46,005 bases of DNA from Octopus bimaculoides (taxonomy: Eukaryota): contig NC_068983.1 of the NCBI RefSeq assembly GCF_001194135.2, positions 100,485,905-100,531,909 of the forward strand. The letters run 5' to 3'. Positions 22,689 through 34,602 of the stretch are shown here, piece by piece. A model generated the notes under the pieces. That model was given only the letters and a program-made list of their open reading frames with translations. It ran no database searches and was not told the origin of the DNA. A program made the position numbers and the translations under genes. Within the stretch, counting starts at the first letter, position 1; each line of letters starts with the position of its first letter.

Positions 22689-25132
22689 AACATATATAGA
22701 AGAAATAGCTGTTAACTTTCGTGTAGATGATAGAGCTGTATCCTTCTGGCCAACATATAAGAAATGACTGTCAATTTTTATGTAGACTATAGAGCTGTTT
22801 CCTTCCGACCAATGGCACCATGGGTACATATAAACTTCTGATCTATGATCTCTATTTCAGTCTATAAATGAAGCAAACATTGCACAGAGTTTCGCTTATG
22901 AGTAGTACAAGGTAACTAAATAAAAGTTAGGGGAAAACTAAAAACATATGTACCATAATTTATTGAACTTAAGTATTACAAACAAAAATACAAACAGCTT
23001 TTCTTAGGCAAATAGCCAGGTGGCTCGAAGATATAAATATGAAACGAATAAAAACACTATAATAATGCTATCAAAGTGCATACACAAATTTATTAGGTAT
23101 ATATAGTAACAATCTATCTCTGTAAGATTAAACATCGTAAAACGTGAATAATTTTCCTATTTTAGTTTTCCCAGAACTTTCATTTAGTTTTGTTGTACTT
23201 GAGGAGAGTCATTCTGTTCTGATGCCTTATTAACTCTCATCGGTTCGATTTCCACTCATTTATTTACAGTTTTCTACAATTTTCGTTGCTTCTTGCAGCA
23301 TCTTCAATAGTTCTTGACTATGTCCGTTATCGGAGCTGCGTTACGTTTTTTGTTCGTTTGTTTGTTTGTGTACATGTGTGCGTCAGCGGACATGTGTATA
23401 CACGTATGCATGTATGTGTGTGTGTGTGTATTCTGCATATTCATTTGTTTCTGTGTGCATGTTTGTGTATTTGTATGTGTTATCTCCCTTTAGACCGGGC
23501 AGTTATTTTCAGTGAGAACTGCGCTATGGGCAACGTTTTGGAAAAGGGCCTGTAGCTCCCTTAGGGGTACCTAGAGACTCGGGACTACTTCCATTGTCTT
23601 CCTCAGAAAATTTTACATAAGAATTAACTTTTAATTTTTATGTAGATGTTATAAGCCTTTCTTCCTATAAATCGACAGACAGAGACATACTCATAGGCGT
23701 TCATCTTTATCATATATAATAAATTAGATGAATATATGCGCGCGCGTAGTATATTTTGTGTTGGTTATCTCCTCAGATTCTTAGAATTTCGACTGGATCA
23801 CTTCATTGTTTTTGCAATGATTTTTACTTATTGTTCTAGTTATTAAATCAATAATTCACTCTCTCAATAATACACCAAAGATCTACAGGTAAGTATAGCT
23901 GAAATCATGAATTAGTAATACGCCGCTAACACTGAAAATTGTTATAATAGTACACAAATATTTTGTTTTCTTTTTGTTTTGTTTTTTGCTTGATCATATA
24001 CTTTATATAGTTGTTTGGTCATAAAGATATTGCCACGTTAGTGTAGATTCAATTTTACCATTTATCTTTATTTTGAGAAAAATTATAGATCTTTCGCTCG
24101 GATTCTTTATATTACCATTAAGATTTTTTTTATTGATTTTTTTTTTCGTTTTTGCAGTAAAGTTTTCGTAAGCATATTGTAAAGGTTCACTAAAGGACTG
24201 TACAAGTTCAGTGATTTTACGTCATAGAAATTGCTCAGGGACATATTTCTGAAAAATTCTATAACGAAATTCTGTTCACAATATCCTTGTTTAAACTGAT
24301 ATCAAGTGTCTAATAGAATCGAAATACGATACAACTGTAAATATATCTGAAACAATAAATAGATAATCAAGAACAATTAATACACACGATAGCTCTTCTT
24401 TCCCCAGGTGCATGTTAACCAATAAACTAACAATGTTTCATAATAGCAAAACATTAGGAATATGCAGTTACATAAAAAAACTAAATCGTATTCGATTTTT
24501 GTTTGCTACTGAAAATTTAAAACTATTACTTTCCAGACTATGAGTAACTGATCTGTTCTTATGGATCTTGTATGACAGGAAAGCTTGAATTAAAAACAGA
24601 GAATATGAAGGTGTTGACCACAATGTTTAAAATAGAGGTTATAATCTAACATGATTATCAAACTGCTGAAAAACTAAATATATTTGTAAAGTTTGGCAAT
24701 TTAGAAGCAAGGTCTTCTTACTTAGACACAAGGCCTGAGATTTATAGTCAAGTCGATATGAGATTAAATAATGTTCATACAGTTTGCCAGAAATATAACA
24801 ATACACCAAAGGTAAAATGATTACAATTTGAAGTAGAAAGTAGGTTACAAAATCAGCTTATTATTAATGGTTGCTTTTAGAAGGCACTAATAAATAGCAA
24901 GAAGAGCCTAATTTTTTAAATATGTGACCTACACTCAGGTTTATGCTTTCAAAAGACATTACACGTATATAAAGAAATAATAGCTGGTTATTATTGATAA
25001 TGTAAAATAATGAGCGGCTTTCTGATATAACGTAGAGCAACGTTACTGAACACAGTTGGAAAAAGTATGGATGTCCGAACTACTTGTTTCTCCACGACAC
25101 TGTTAATTTTTATTTTTATTCACGTAATTCAG

Positions 25133-25350
25133 TGTAGGCGGCAAGTTAGCAGAAATGTTAGGAGCGTCCAACAAAATACTATGCAATATTTGCTTCAACT
25201 TCAAATTTAGCCGAGATCTACTTTGCCTTTGGTCCTTTCGCAGTCGATAAAATAAGTACCAGCTGAGCACTGGGGTCGATGTAATCGACTTAACCCCTCC
25301 CACTAAATTGCTGGCCTTGATCCTAAATTTGAAGCCAATTTGAAACCAAT
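25133..25350 (+). mobile_element. SINE family 1 copy
   Basis: Diverged head, core and tail. Confidence 0.8.
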
Positions 25351-26648
25351 ACGTGTTCTGGCTCTTTACTGTCAGAAGTTAGATCCGACGACGTCATCTT
25401 TCATGCTTCCGAGTTGGCTAAAATAGAATAGCAGGCCACGTCAGTAGACTGGTGAATAGACTGGTTGGATAAATGTTTTACAATATGTACTCCAGCTCTT
25501 TACGTTCTGAGGAACAAGGTAGTGTGTCCAATTTGTCAATATTTAACCGACAAGGTGGAGTCTTTAAAAATATACCCAAAGAGACGGGAACCACCATTGG
25601 TATGCTCCCTCGAAAATATCATGACAAGTTCAGATCTCTTGTCAAGATCAAGGACTTTCGTACAGAGAAAGAATTCAGTGTGAGCATATTTGAAAGATTT
25701 GCTCTCGATTTAATCACACCGTTTACAGGAAAATCTTTGAAAATATTAGTTCGAGTATTTGATTTCACAAATGGTAGGGTGTTCATTTAAAACTTTAGTT
25801 TCAAATTCATCAGTGCTGACTAGACTTTACATGCGTGTGCGCGCGTGCGTGTACATTTAACATATACTTTTAAATACCCTCTTAGTATATATTCTTTTAT
25901 ATACAAACTTTAAATTCAGAATGACAGCTAGCCAAGTCGATTGTAGTGAGCAAACTATTTGATGTGTCAGTGCAATCACTATTACCACATAGCCCATATC
26001 TACTGGCTCAGTAAGGGAAAATATCGCATGCCATGTTAGTTTACTGTTCTCCAATTGGCTAAGACTATCATGGAATAATTCACATAACGGTTCTGTTTTA
26101 GCTAATTCTACTCACTTTACGTTAAAGTCGGTTCAAAGAATATTGGACATAAGCCATGCAAATACTCATCAACAGTTCAGATGTAAGACAAGCAAATAAA
26201 AGATGCTGTTGCCTCGAAATCTGGTTTTTATAAAACGACTTTTTACTCTTTACACTGAGAAAGAAAAAGTAGCAGAAAAGAAGAGCAGTCTTAAAAGAAA
26301 AAAAAAACTATCAAGAAAAGAAATGAATTTTGGATAGTGTATATGTTATGGCAAATATTTATAGAAATTAGATGTAGAAACAAAAAATGAAATTAATAAT
26401 AATAACAACAATAATAATCTCAATACTAATGACAAAAATACTTAAAACAAATATGGATCACAACAACCTTGTAAACATTCGCATTACAATGAAGAACAAT
26501 GATAATACACTCATATATAAACCAGTTGTGCTTAGAGAGAAAGTAATCTATTAGCGTTGGTGCGATACTGAAGACTAGGTCTTGAGATTTAAAAATCCTG
26601 CGATAATACTTCTTGATTATCTTGATTCAACTGCATGTAGACTATATT

Positions 26649-27933
26649 CGACGGTGGGCTGAAAAGTTCATTGGCTGATTATAAAGGAGCTATGCTAGAG
26701 CTGTGAAATATTGCAAGCATTAATTTCAACTCTTTATTAATAACTGTTTTGTTTCTTTTCCTGTAAACTAACATCTGACTGTTCAAAGAAGACTTCAAAA
26801 ATAACTAATAGCGATTTCTCTTGAAAAAGGACAAAATTTGGCATCGCGGTGTTATCAAGTACCTGTAGATAAAAGGTTTAGCCCGCACTCCCCCAGGACA
26901 TTCATGCTGACATGGTTGCTACATCAAGAGAGGACACTTCAACTTTATCAACACTACAAAAGTGAACAGCTGAATTTAAGAGGCGGAAGGAGAGTCTTGA
27001 AGATGACTCATTTTCTGGATGTCTTGCAACTGCCACCACCAAGGAAAACATTGTGCTCACCGCATGCTGATAGATGACAGGCGATTGACTATAAATCAAA
27101 TAGCCAATGCTGTTAGCATATTTCATGAGAGTGTTGAGAATATTTTGCACAGTAAATTTGGCATGACAAGGTTTCTGCTCGGTGGGTGCCACATCTTCTG
27201 ACACCTGATCAAACGCGCACCCGGCTGATCACATCACAGAAAAATCAGACATTGTTTGAGGCAGATTCAGATAGTTTTCTTGAACGTTTCCTAACCCAGA
27301 ATAAGTGTTGGGTCCATCACTTTGAGCCAGAGACAAAGAGACAATCTATGCCGTGGAAACACCCCTTCTCACCTGCTCCAAAGAAGGCCAAGGTCGTATC
27401 ATCTGCTGTGATGGTGAAGGCCTGTTTTGGAGGGATGCAAAAGGATTATCTTCAAAAGAGTCACCATCAATGGAGAATACTATGCCAATTTGCTGAGGCA
27501 GTTGCGAAAGGCTATCAGGACCAAATGCCCAGGAAAACTGAGCAAAAGGTGTCGTTTTATCAGAATAATGCTCCAATACATATGTCCTTGGTTTCAATGG
27601 TTGCTGTGTGTGACTGTGGCTTTGAACTGATTGATCGGCCTCCTTATTCTCTTGATTTGGCCCCATCTGACTATCAGCTGTTCCCCAACATGAAAAACCC
27701 CCCACTAAGATGGGAACCAGTATCGCAGTGATGACGACGTCATGTCTGCTGTTGATAACTTTTTTTGATAAACAGGATAAAAGCTTCATCAATGGATCCA
27801 AGCACTGCAACACCAATGGAAGAAGTGTGTGGACTGCAAGGCAGTGGTGGTGGGGGGCCGAAAAATAAACCTCATTTGGTCATATTCCATGAGAGTATCT
27901 TGGTCAGCCCATGAACTTTTCAGCTGGCCTTCG
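26649..27933 (+). mobile_element. Full-length (~1.29 kb) defective mariner (DD34D) transposon
   Basis: TIRs GCTGAAAAGTTCATTGGCTGA and TCAGCCCATGAACTTTTCAGC. Frameshifted transposase with WVHHFEPETKRQS, YYANLLRQLRKAIR, YQNNAPIH and PPYSLDLAPSDYQLF. Confidence 0.92.
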
Positions 27934-28689
27934 GTCTTTGGACTCATCCCTTTCATGTAATATTTATTTATCACACAAAAGACACCAATTCATGGAGTTC
28001 AGTGCTACATTGTCTATATTTTGCTTTGATCTTTAAAAAATTTGCTTTTAATACATGAATTGCAAAAATTGAGAATTGACGTAATATGTTGATACAAGGC
28101 TGTTTTACCCAGCCGATCAGTCTAGTCGTTTTATAAATGTTTCTTGTCATTAGTTAGTTACTTTACCATTTGTAACTGCGACACAAGTTGTGCAATCAAC
28201 CAGTTATTTTTTCTTTTAGCTACCAGCCACTTTAGAAGTGTAGAGCTGAGCAATAGAGCTTTCTTTAACCAATATAATATATGTTGTTTTTTACCTTTTA
28301 ATTAATCAGTTAAGGGAGGGAGACAACTGCCTGTAACTTCTTTCAGTCCTTCGTGAGTGGTAGGAGTTAAGGAGGCAGGATACTTGCAACAGAATGGACT
28401 CTACTAAAAGCAAATAAAGGAGAAGTGTTAAACTGGGCTCTGGGGCATCTTAACATCTAGGATGATTGCAATGCAGACAGTAGCACAAAATGTAGCAGGT
28501 GAGAGGTAACCAGGAATCACGACCTGGATGCGGCCCAGCTTCCTTTGAATATAAGTAGTTAAGAATCGAAGCAATTACATGAGTGGTGTGGTGTTTATTC
28601 TCTGAAGATATGCTGTTCAGATCTCCCTAAAGTTTCTTACTACCCGAAGAATGTGAACGGCACCTTCGGTAGGCTGCCATAGAAATCTC

Positions 28690-28775
28690 ACCTTGCAAAG
28701 TATTGCACCTTGAGATCGAACCCGAACCCACGTTGTTGCGAAGAGAACTTCTTAACGATACAATCAAGATGGCGT
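28690..28775 (-). mobile_element. tRNA-like SINE head fragment
   Basis: The minus strand reads ...GTTAAGAAGTTCTCTTCGCAACAACGTGGGTTCGGGTTCGATCTCAAGGTGC, with a B-box-like GGTTCGATC. Confidence 0.5.
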
Positions 28776-29453
28776 CTGTAACAATTATTGATTATTTATG
28801 AAATTATATAATTAAGAACCAATGAGTCATTACTACCCGAAAGGTATCTCTTTAACTGCAATAGTTAACATCAAAGGTTCAACATCCATGTTATTGATTT
28901 ACTAACCTAATCGATATTGTTTTTTTTCTTCTTCTTCTTCTATCCTCGCTTACTGAACTTCAGAGACATCTGGTGTGCAGCATCTCTGCATAACGTATGT
29001 AATATTAACTTATTTCGTTGTTTCCAGGAAACAACCAACCAATAAGCTCTATGATACATTAAAATGTGATACATTCTACGCAGTTTGTATCACATGATAG
29101 GATACATCATTCTGCGTAAATGATACATTCTACGCAGAATATATCAGCAGAATGACGAAGTTAATCTTAGTTCAATGATTTCTATTTTATGAATCAATGA
29201 AATTAAGGTACCCCTTTTACATTAGATTGGAGAATTCAGTATTCTTATTTGTTGTGAATAATGGATATCAAACACTATAGTTAGGATCTGATTTACTCGT
29301 CTTTTCGCCTAAGAAACAAATCTTAAAGGAATGGAAACCAATAAATAAAGTTTGAAAAACAAAATCTCCACATATATTACAGAAGATCTGAAAAACTGTT
29401 AAACAATTACTTGTTAATCTCATTAGAATATAGGCAAATGATAATAATAATAA

Positions 29454-29891
29454 TCCTTTCAACTATAGGCACAAGATCTAACATTAATGGGAGGGGACTA
29501 GTCGATCATATCGACCTTAGTGCTATACTAGTACTCTATTTCATTAACCCTCGAAAGGATGAAGAGCAAAGTCGGTATCGGCGGAATTTGAACTCAGAAC
29601 GTAGCGACGGACGAAATGCAGCTAAGCATTTCTCTCGGCGCGGTAACGCTTCTGCCAGCTCCCGCCCTAATAATAATAATCCTTTCTACTAAAGGCACAA
29701 GGCCTGAAATTTGTGGCGAGGGGGTAAGTCGATTTCATAGACCTCAGTGCTCAACTCGTACTTATTTTCTCGGCCCCAAAAGGATGAAGGGTAAAGTCGA
29801 CTCACGTAGAATTTGAACTCAGACGTGAAGAAAAGATGATATACCGATAAGCATTCCGTCCGGCGTGCTAATGATTCTGCCAGCTCCTGCC

Positions 29892-29893
<2 letters not shown>
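29454..29893 (-). mobile_element. Head-to-tail tandem of two SINE family 1 copies joined by (ATT)4
   Basis: Copies at about 29454-29668 and 29681-29893, each ending AAAGGATTATT on the minus strand. Confidence 0.85.
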
Positions 29894-29955
<62 letters not shown>

Positions 29956-29983
29956 TGATGATGATGATGATGATAATAATAAT
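29894..29983. repeat. (TAA)n(TGA)n microsatellite
   Basis: Directly visible. Confidence 0.95.
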
Positions 29984-30350
29984 ATTTACATTGGACAATA
30001 TGTCAGCATTATAAAATCAAAACCGCCGACAAATGGTATAAACACCATCCTGAAGCTGTGACTGAGGGAGAAAATGTATCGATTCTCTGGGACTTCCCCG
30101 TACATACTGACAAGGCTATAAAAGCTAATAAACCAGATATTATTATAAAAGATCAGACAAAGAAGACGTGTTTATTAATTGACATGAGTATTCCCTCTGA
30201 TCATAATATAGCGCCGAAAGAATTTGACAAGATCAGTAAATATAAAGACTTGCTAATAGAAATTGAAAAAATGTGGCACCTCAAGGCAACTACCATACCA
30301 GTGATTGTAGGATCTCTAGGAATGATAAAAAAGGGTACTGAAACCTATTT
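29984..30350 (+). mobile_element. 5'-truncated Dong/R4-type LINE (restriction-like endonuclease region), running into an assembly gap
   Basis: Uninterrupted frame LHWTICQHYKI...WYKH.PE...ILWDFPVHTDKAIKANKPDIIIKD...CLLIDMSIPSD...KISKYKDL...MW...IPVIVGSLG, with PD-(D/E)xK RLE motifs. (TAA)n lies on both sides. Confidence 0.9.
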
Positions 30351-30478
30351 NNNNNNNNNNNNNNNNNNNNNNNNNNNNNNNNNNNNNNNNNNNNNNNNNN
30401 NNNNNNNNNNNNNNNNNNNNNNNNNNNNNNNNNNNNNNNNNNNNNNNNNNNNNNNNNNNNNNNNNNNNNNNNNNNNNN

Positions 30479-30555
<77 letters not shown>

Positions 30556-30581
30556 CAACAACAACAACAACCACCACAACA

Positions 30582-30933
30582 ACAAGAGCACTCAGAGAGC
30601 GCAAACCTCCGCCAACGCAACACCAACGTCTTCCTAGCGATTAGTTAGAGATGATTTTTAAAATGAGAATATCTGAAATAAACTCGACTGCTCTCACAAA
30701 CGAGAATACTGAAAATGAACCCGACCACTCTCAAAAATTAAGTAAAAAAACAAGAAAAATAATCCAGAATCCTTGTCCGGTATCAGATCGATACCAAAAT
30801 CTAATCAGTTCGTGCCAGTCATGAGTTCAAACATCCCTGAAAGTTTCATCCGAATCCATCCAGCGGTTCTTGAGACAAACAAACAAACACGACTGAAAAC
30901 AATACATCTGCCTCCGCTAAGGCGGAGGTAATA
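30582..30933 (+). mobile_element. Helentron-type non-autonomous element (HINE/DINE-like)
   Basis: A 5' subterminal CCTCCGCC (30606-30613) is complementary to the 3' GGCGGAGG. The 3' hairpin is CCTCCGC-TAAG-GCGGAGG (30911-30928), preceded by (ACAA)n. There is no TSD. Confidence 0.6.
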
Positions 30934-31148
30934 AATGATTTCAAATTTTTGCCACAAAGGCAGCTTGGGGGAGGGGATTAAGTCGATTACGTCAACTCCA
31001 GTGCGTAATTGGTACTTATTTAATCGACTTCGAAAGGATGAAAGGCAAAGTCGACATCGGTGGAATTTGAACTCAGAACGTAGCGACAGGCAAAATACCG
31101 CTAAGCATTTTGCCTGGTGTGCTAACGATTCTGCCGGCTCATCGCCTT
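30934..31148 (-). mobile_element. SINE family 1 copy
   Basis: Full reverse-complement copy. Confidence 0.85.
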
Positions 31149-32108
31149 AATAATATAATTTGCACAAATGTACTTCAAATACATACGTCCTTTTCTTATT
31201 GTCATACATTTAATCTACACACACGACTGATAACACAATCCTCACTAACAATTATGTTGAGAAAGATACATAGTCCCATAAATATAGATATTACATTACA
31301 ATACGCATACTCCTTTTTATCACACACAAAAGCAAATCTACAGACTAATGTAGCTACAGTTATAGGACTCCATCACACTGCTACACTTATAAATCCCAAT
31401 TAGATATAATAGCTAAGTATAAAAAAATAACGACAGATAAATATTTATATGTCTCTCTCAACAGAGCCGTTTTGACGTTTATGTCTTTTCCTAAGACTTA
31501 GACGTTAGCAGTGTATGGAAGCCGAAATAGCTACAATAAGGTATTAATGCTGAATTGCAGTATTAGAATTTACCTTACTTCTTATTCTACTGCGCGAGAC
31601 ACATTAAAAACAATACATTAGTGTCGTAGATTAACTGGAATATTTGTGGTTGAAGATCGATGTATGCAAACAAAAGAAGATAAAAGATAATGATTTTAAT
31701 TTAAGTATGCTGACTGCTACATAGAAAAGATTCAGTTGTTTACTGCAGTGGAGCTATACATTAGCACAAAGATGCAATTGTGTGTGGGAGAGGATAAATT
31801 CAAACAACTTTTGCGTTAATAGATTTCTTTCACATAAAAAGTCACTGAGGACTCAAATTTATAAATATTTACCAGATAATTTCTATAGTCACCAACTGAC
31901 ACCATACGATGACAGAAGCTATTAATGTAGCTTTAAAATAGTTGATTGGATTCCACTTTTACGTAACTTGCCAGTGGGAAGCTGCACCTTGCTAAGGTAA
32001 TAGTCTGTTGGCCTACCAACAAATGGGGGGAGGGGACAACAGTTCACTTTTCCAACGCTATTTCTGTAGTTAAAATGATGTGATCATGCTAACCAGCTGC
32101 GTGCGTGC

Positions 32109-32142
<34 letters not shown>

Positions 32143-32677
32143 NNNNNNNNNNNNNNNNNNNNNNNNNNNNNNNNNNNNNNNNNNNNNNNNNNNNNNNNNN
32201 NNNNNNNNNNNNNNNNNNNNNNNNNNNNNNNNNNNNNNNNNNNNNNNNNNNNNNNNNNNNNNNNNNNNNNNNNNNNNNNNNNNNNNNNNNNNNNNNNNNN
32301 NNNNNNNNNNNNNNNNNNNNNNNNNNNNNNNNNNNNNNNNNNNNNNNNNNNNNNNNNNNNNNNNNNNNNNNNNNNNNNNNNNNNNNNNNNNNNNNNNNNN
32401 NNNNNNNNNNNNNNNNNNNNNNNNNNNNNNNNNNNNNNNNNNNNNNNNNNNNNNNNNNNNNNNNNNNNNNNNNNNNNNNNNNNNNNNNNNNNNNNNNNNN
32501 NNNNNNNNNNNNNNNNNNNNNNNNNNNNNNNNNNNNNNNNNNNNNNNNNNNNNNNNNNNNNNNNNNNNNNNNNNNNNNNNNNNNNNNNNNNNNTGTGTGT
32601 GTGTGTGTGTATTTATTTATTTATCTATTTAAAAGACAAGGTATAAATAATGGCCATTACAAATTACCTCATTGTAG

Positions 32678-33099
32678 TGTAGGAAAGTGGTTATACACCA
32701 TTAGGTGTACACCGCTTCCGTACATTAAATTTCTAGAAGAAACAACGGAACGCAGATTCTGAACAACATAACAATATTTATTTACAGTGGAATTCAGTTC
32801 ACGCTTGGAGGGAATTCGGTAGCTCGTCGCCCTCGGTTACTGAGACGCCTCCTGAATGATTTCCGTGGTTATTTGTGATGCTCTGGTGCTGACATGTGAG
32901 AGAGCTTTGTTGGACGTCTTGGCTCGACGGGGATCAGTCAACGAAGAGACTGAGAAAAGGCGCCAAAGCTCGGTGTCGAACTCTACGCATGCGCATGAGA
33001 CTCTTCCTGTATTCCTTCCGGAACTAGTCCCTGCGCATGCGTGGATAAAACTCCGGACATTGAACATATAACAGTCGCCTGCTATAAGGTGTCACTACA
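32678..33099 (-). mobile_element. Solo LTR-like element, copy 5 (subfamily B-like)
   Basis: On the minus strand it reads TGTAGTGAC...CTTTCCTACA (TG...CA). GTAG TSD at 32674-32677 and 33100-33103. Confidence 0.75.
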
Positions 33100-33204
33100 G
33101 TAGTAAATTTATCTTACAACTGATTCCAGCAGTCATTATTGGTTTATTATTGATTGATTTACTCAATCAGTTCATTGATCGGTTGAGAAAAATTGCTATA
33201 TAAA

Positions 33205-33235
<31 letters not shown>

Positions 33236-34387
33236 TGTATGTATGTATGCATGCATGCATGTATGTATGTATGTATGTATGTATGTAATACAGTTACACA
33301 ACTGGATAAAATTGGAGTATTGCTTTTTTTTCTTTATTTTTTTCTGTTTTTGTTTTCGTCTTGCTTTGAAATAATTGTATTTCCTGCTTTTAATTTGGTT
33401 AGTTTCTCGAATAGCTTATGGTCACTTAGTGTAAGTTTCGAGTGATTTCTGAGCTTCTTCAGTGGACACTAAAGTTGTTTGAGCTTGTTGTTTAATAAAT
33501 TGGGATCATTATGTATATTCTGTNNNNNNNNNNNNNNNNNNNNNNNNNNNNNNNNNNNNNNNNNNNNNNNNNNNNNNNNNNNNNNNNNNNNNNNNNNNNN
33601 NNNNNNNNNNNNNNNNNNNNNNNNNNNNNNNNNNNNNNNNNNNNNNNNNNNNNNNNNNNNNNNNNNNNNNNNNNNNNNNNNNNNNNNNNNNNNNNNNNNN
33701 NNNNNNNNNNNNNNNNNNNNNNNNNNNNNNNNNNNNNNNNNNNNNNNNNNNNNNNNNNNNNNNNNNNNNNNNNNNNNNNNNNNNNNNNNNNNNNNNNNNN
33801 NNNNNNNNNNNNNNNNNNNNNNNNNNNNNNNNNNNNNNNNNNNNNNNNNNNNNNNNNNNNNNNNNNNNNNNNNNNNNNNNNNNNNNNNNNNNNNNNNNNN
33901 NNNNNNNNNNNNNNNNNNNNNNNNNNNNNNNNNNNNNNNNNNNNNNNNNNNNNNNNNNNNNNNNNNNNNNNNNNNNNNNNNNNNNNNNNNNNNNNNNNNN
34001 NNNNNNNNNNNNNNNNNNNNNNNNNNNNNNNNNNNNNNNNNNNNNNNNNNNNNNNNNNNNNNNNNNNNNNNNNNNNNNNNNNNNNNNNNNNNNNNNNNNN
34101 NNNNNNNNNNNNNNNNNNNNNNNNNNNNNNNNNNNNNNNNNNNNNNNNNNNNNNNNNNNNNNNNNNNNNNNNNNNNNNNNNNNNNNNNNNNNNNNNNNNN
34201 NNNNNNNNNNNNNNNNNNNNNNNNNNNNNNNNNNNNNNNNNNNNNNNNNNNNNNNNNNNNNNNNNNNNNNNNNNNNNNNNNNNNNNNNNNNNNNNNNNNN
34301 NNNNNNNNNNNNNNNNNNNNNNNNNNNNNNNNNNNNNNNNNNNNNNNNNNNNNNNNNNNNNNNNNNNNNNNNNNNNNNNNNNNNNNN

Positions 34388-34477
<90 letters not shown>
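34388..34477. repeat. (TTA)n microsatellite adjacent to a gap
   Basis: Directly visible. Confidence 0.95.
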
Positions 34478-34480
<3 letters not shown>

Positions 34481-34602
34481 GCTGGCGAGCTGGCAGAATC
34501 GTTAGCATGCTGGGCAAAATGCTTTGCAACATTTTGTCCATCTTTACGTTCTGAGTTCAAATCCCACCGAGGTCGACTTTGCCTTTCAACCTTTCTGGGT
34601 CA
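34478..34602 (+). mobile_element. SINE family 1, 5' half
   Basis: GGCGAGCTGGCAGAATCGTTAGCATG to GCCTTTCAACCTTTC. Confidence 0.85.

Noticed and set aside
33290-33523. Possible LINE fragment next to the large gap
   Set aside because: No diagnostic motif in the visible part; most of it is in N.
13823-34554. Long ORF-track entries rich in X, or in Y/I/L/N/CV/RE runs
   Set aside because: They are artefacts of N gaps and microsatellites.
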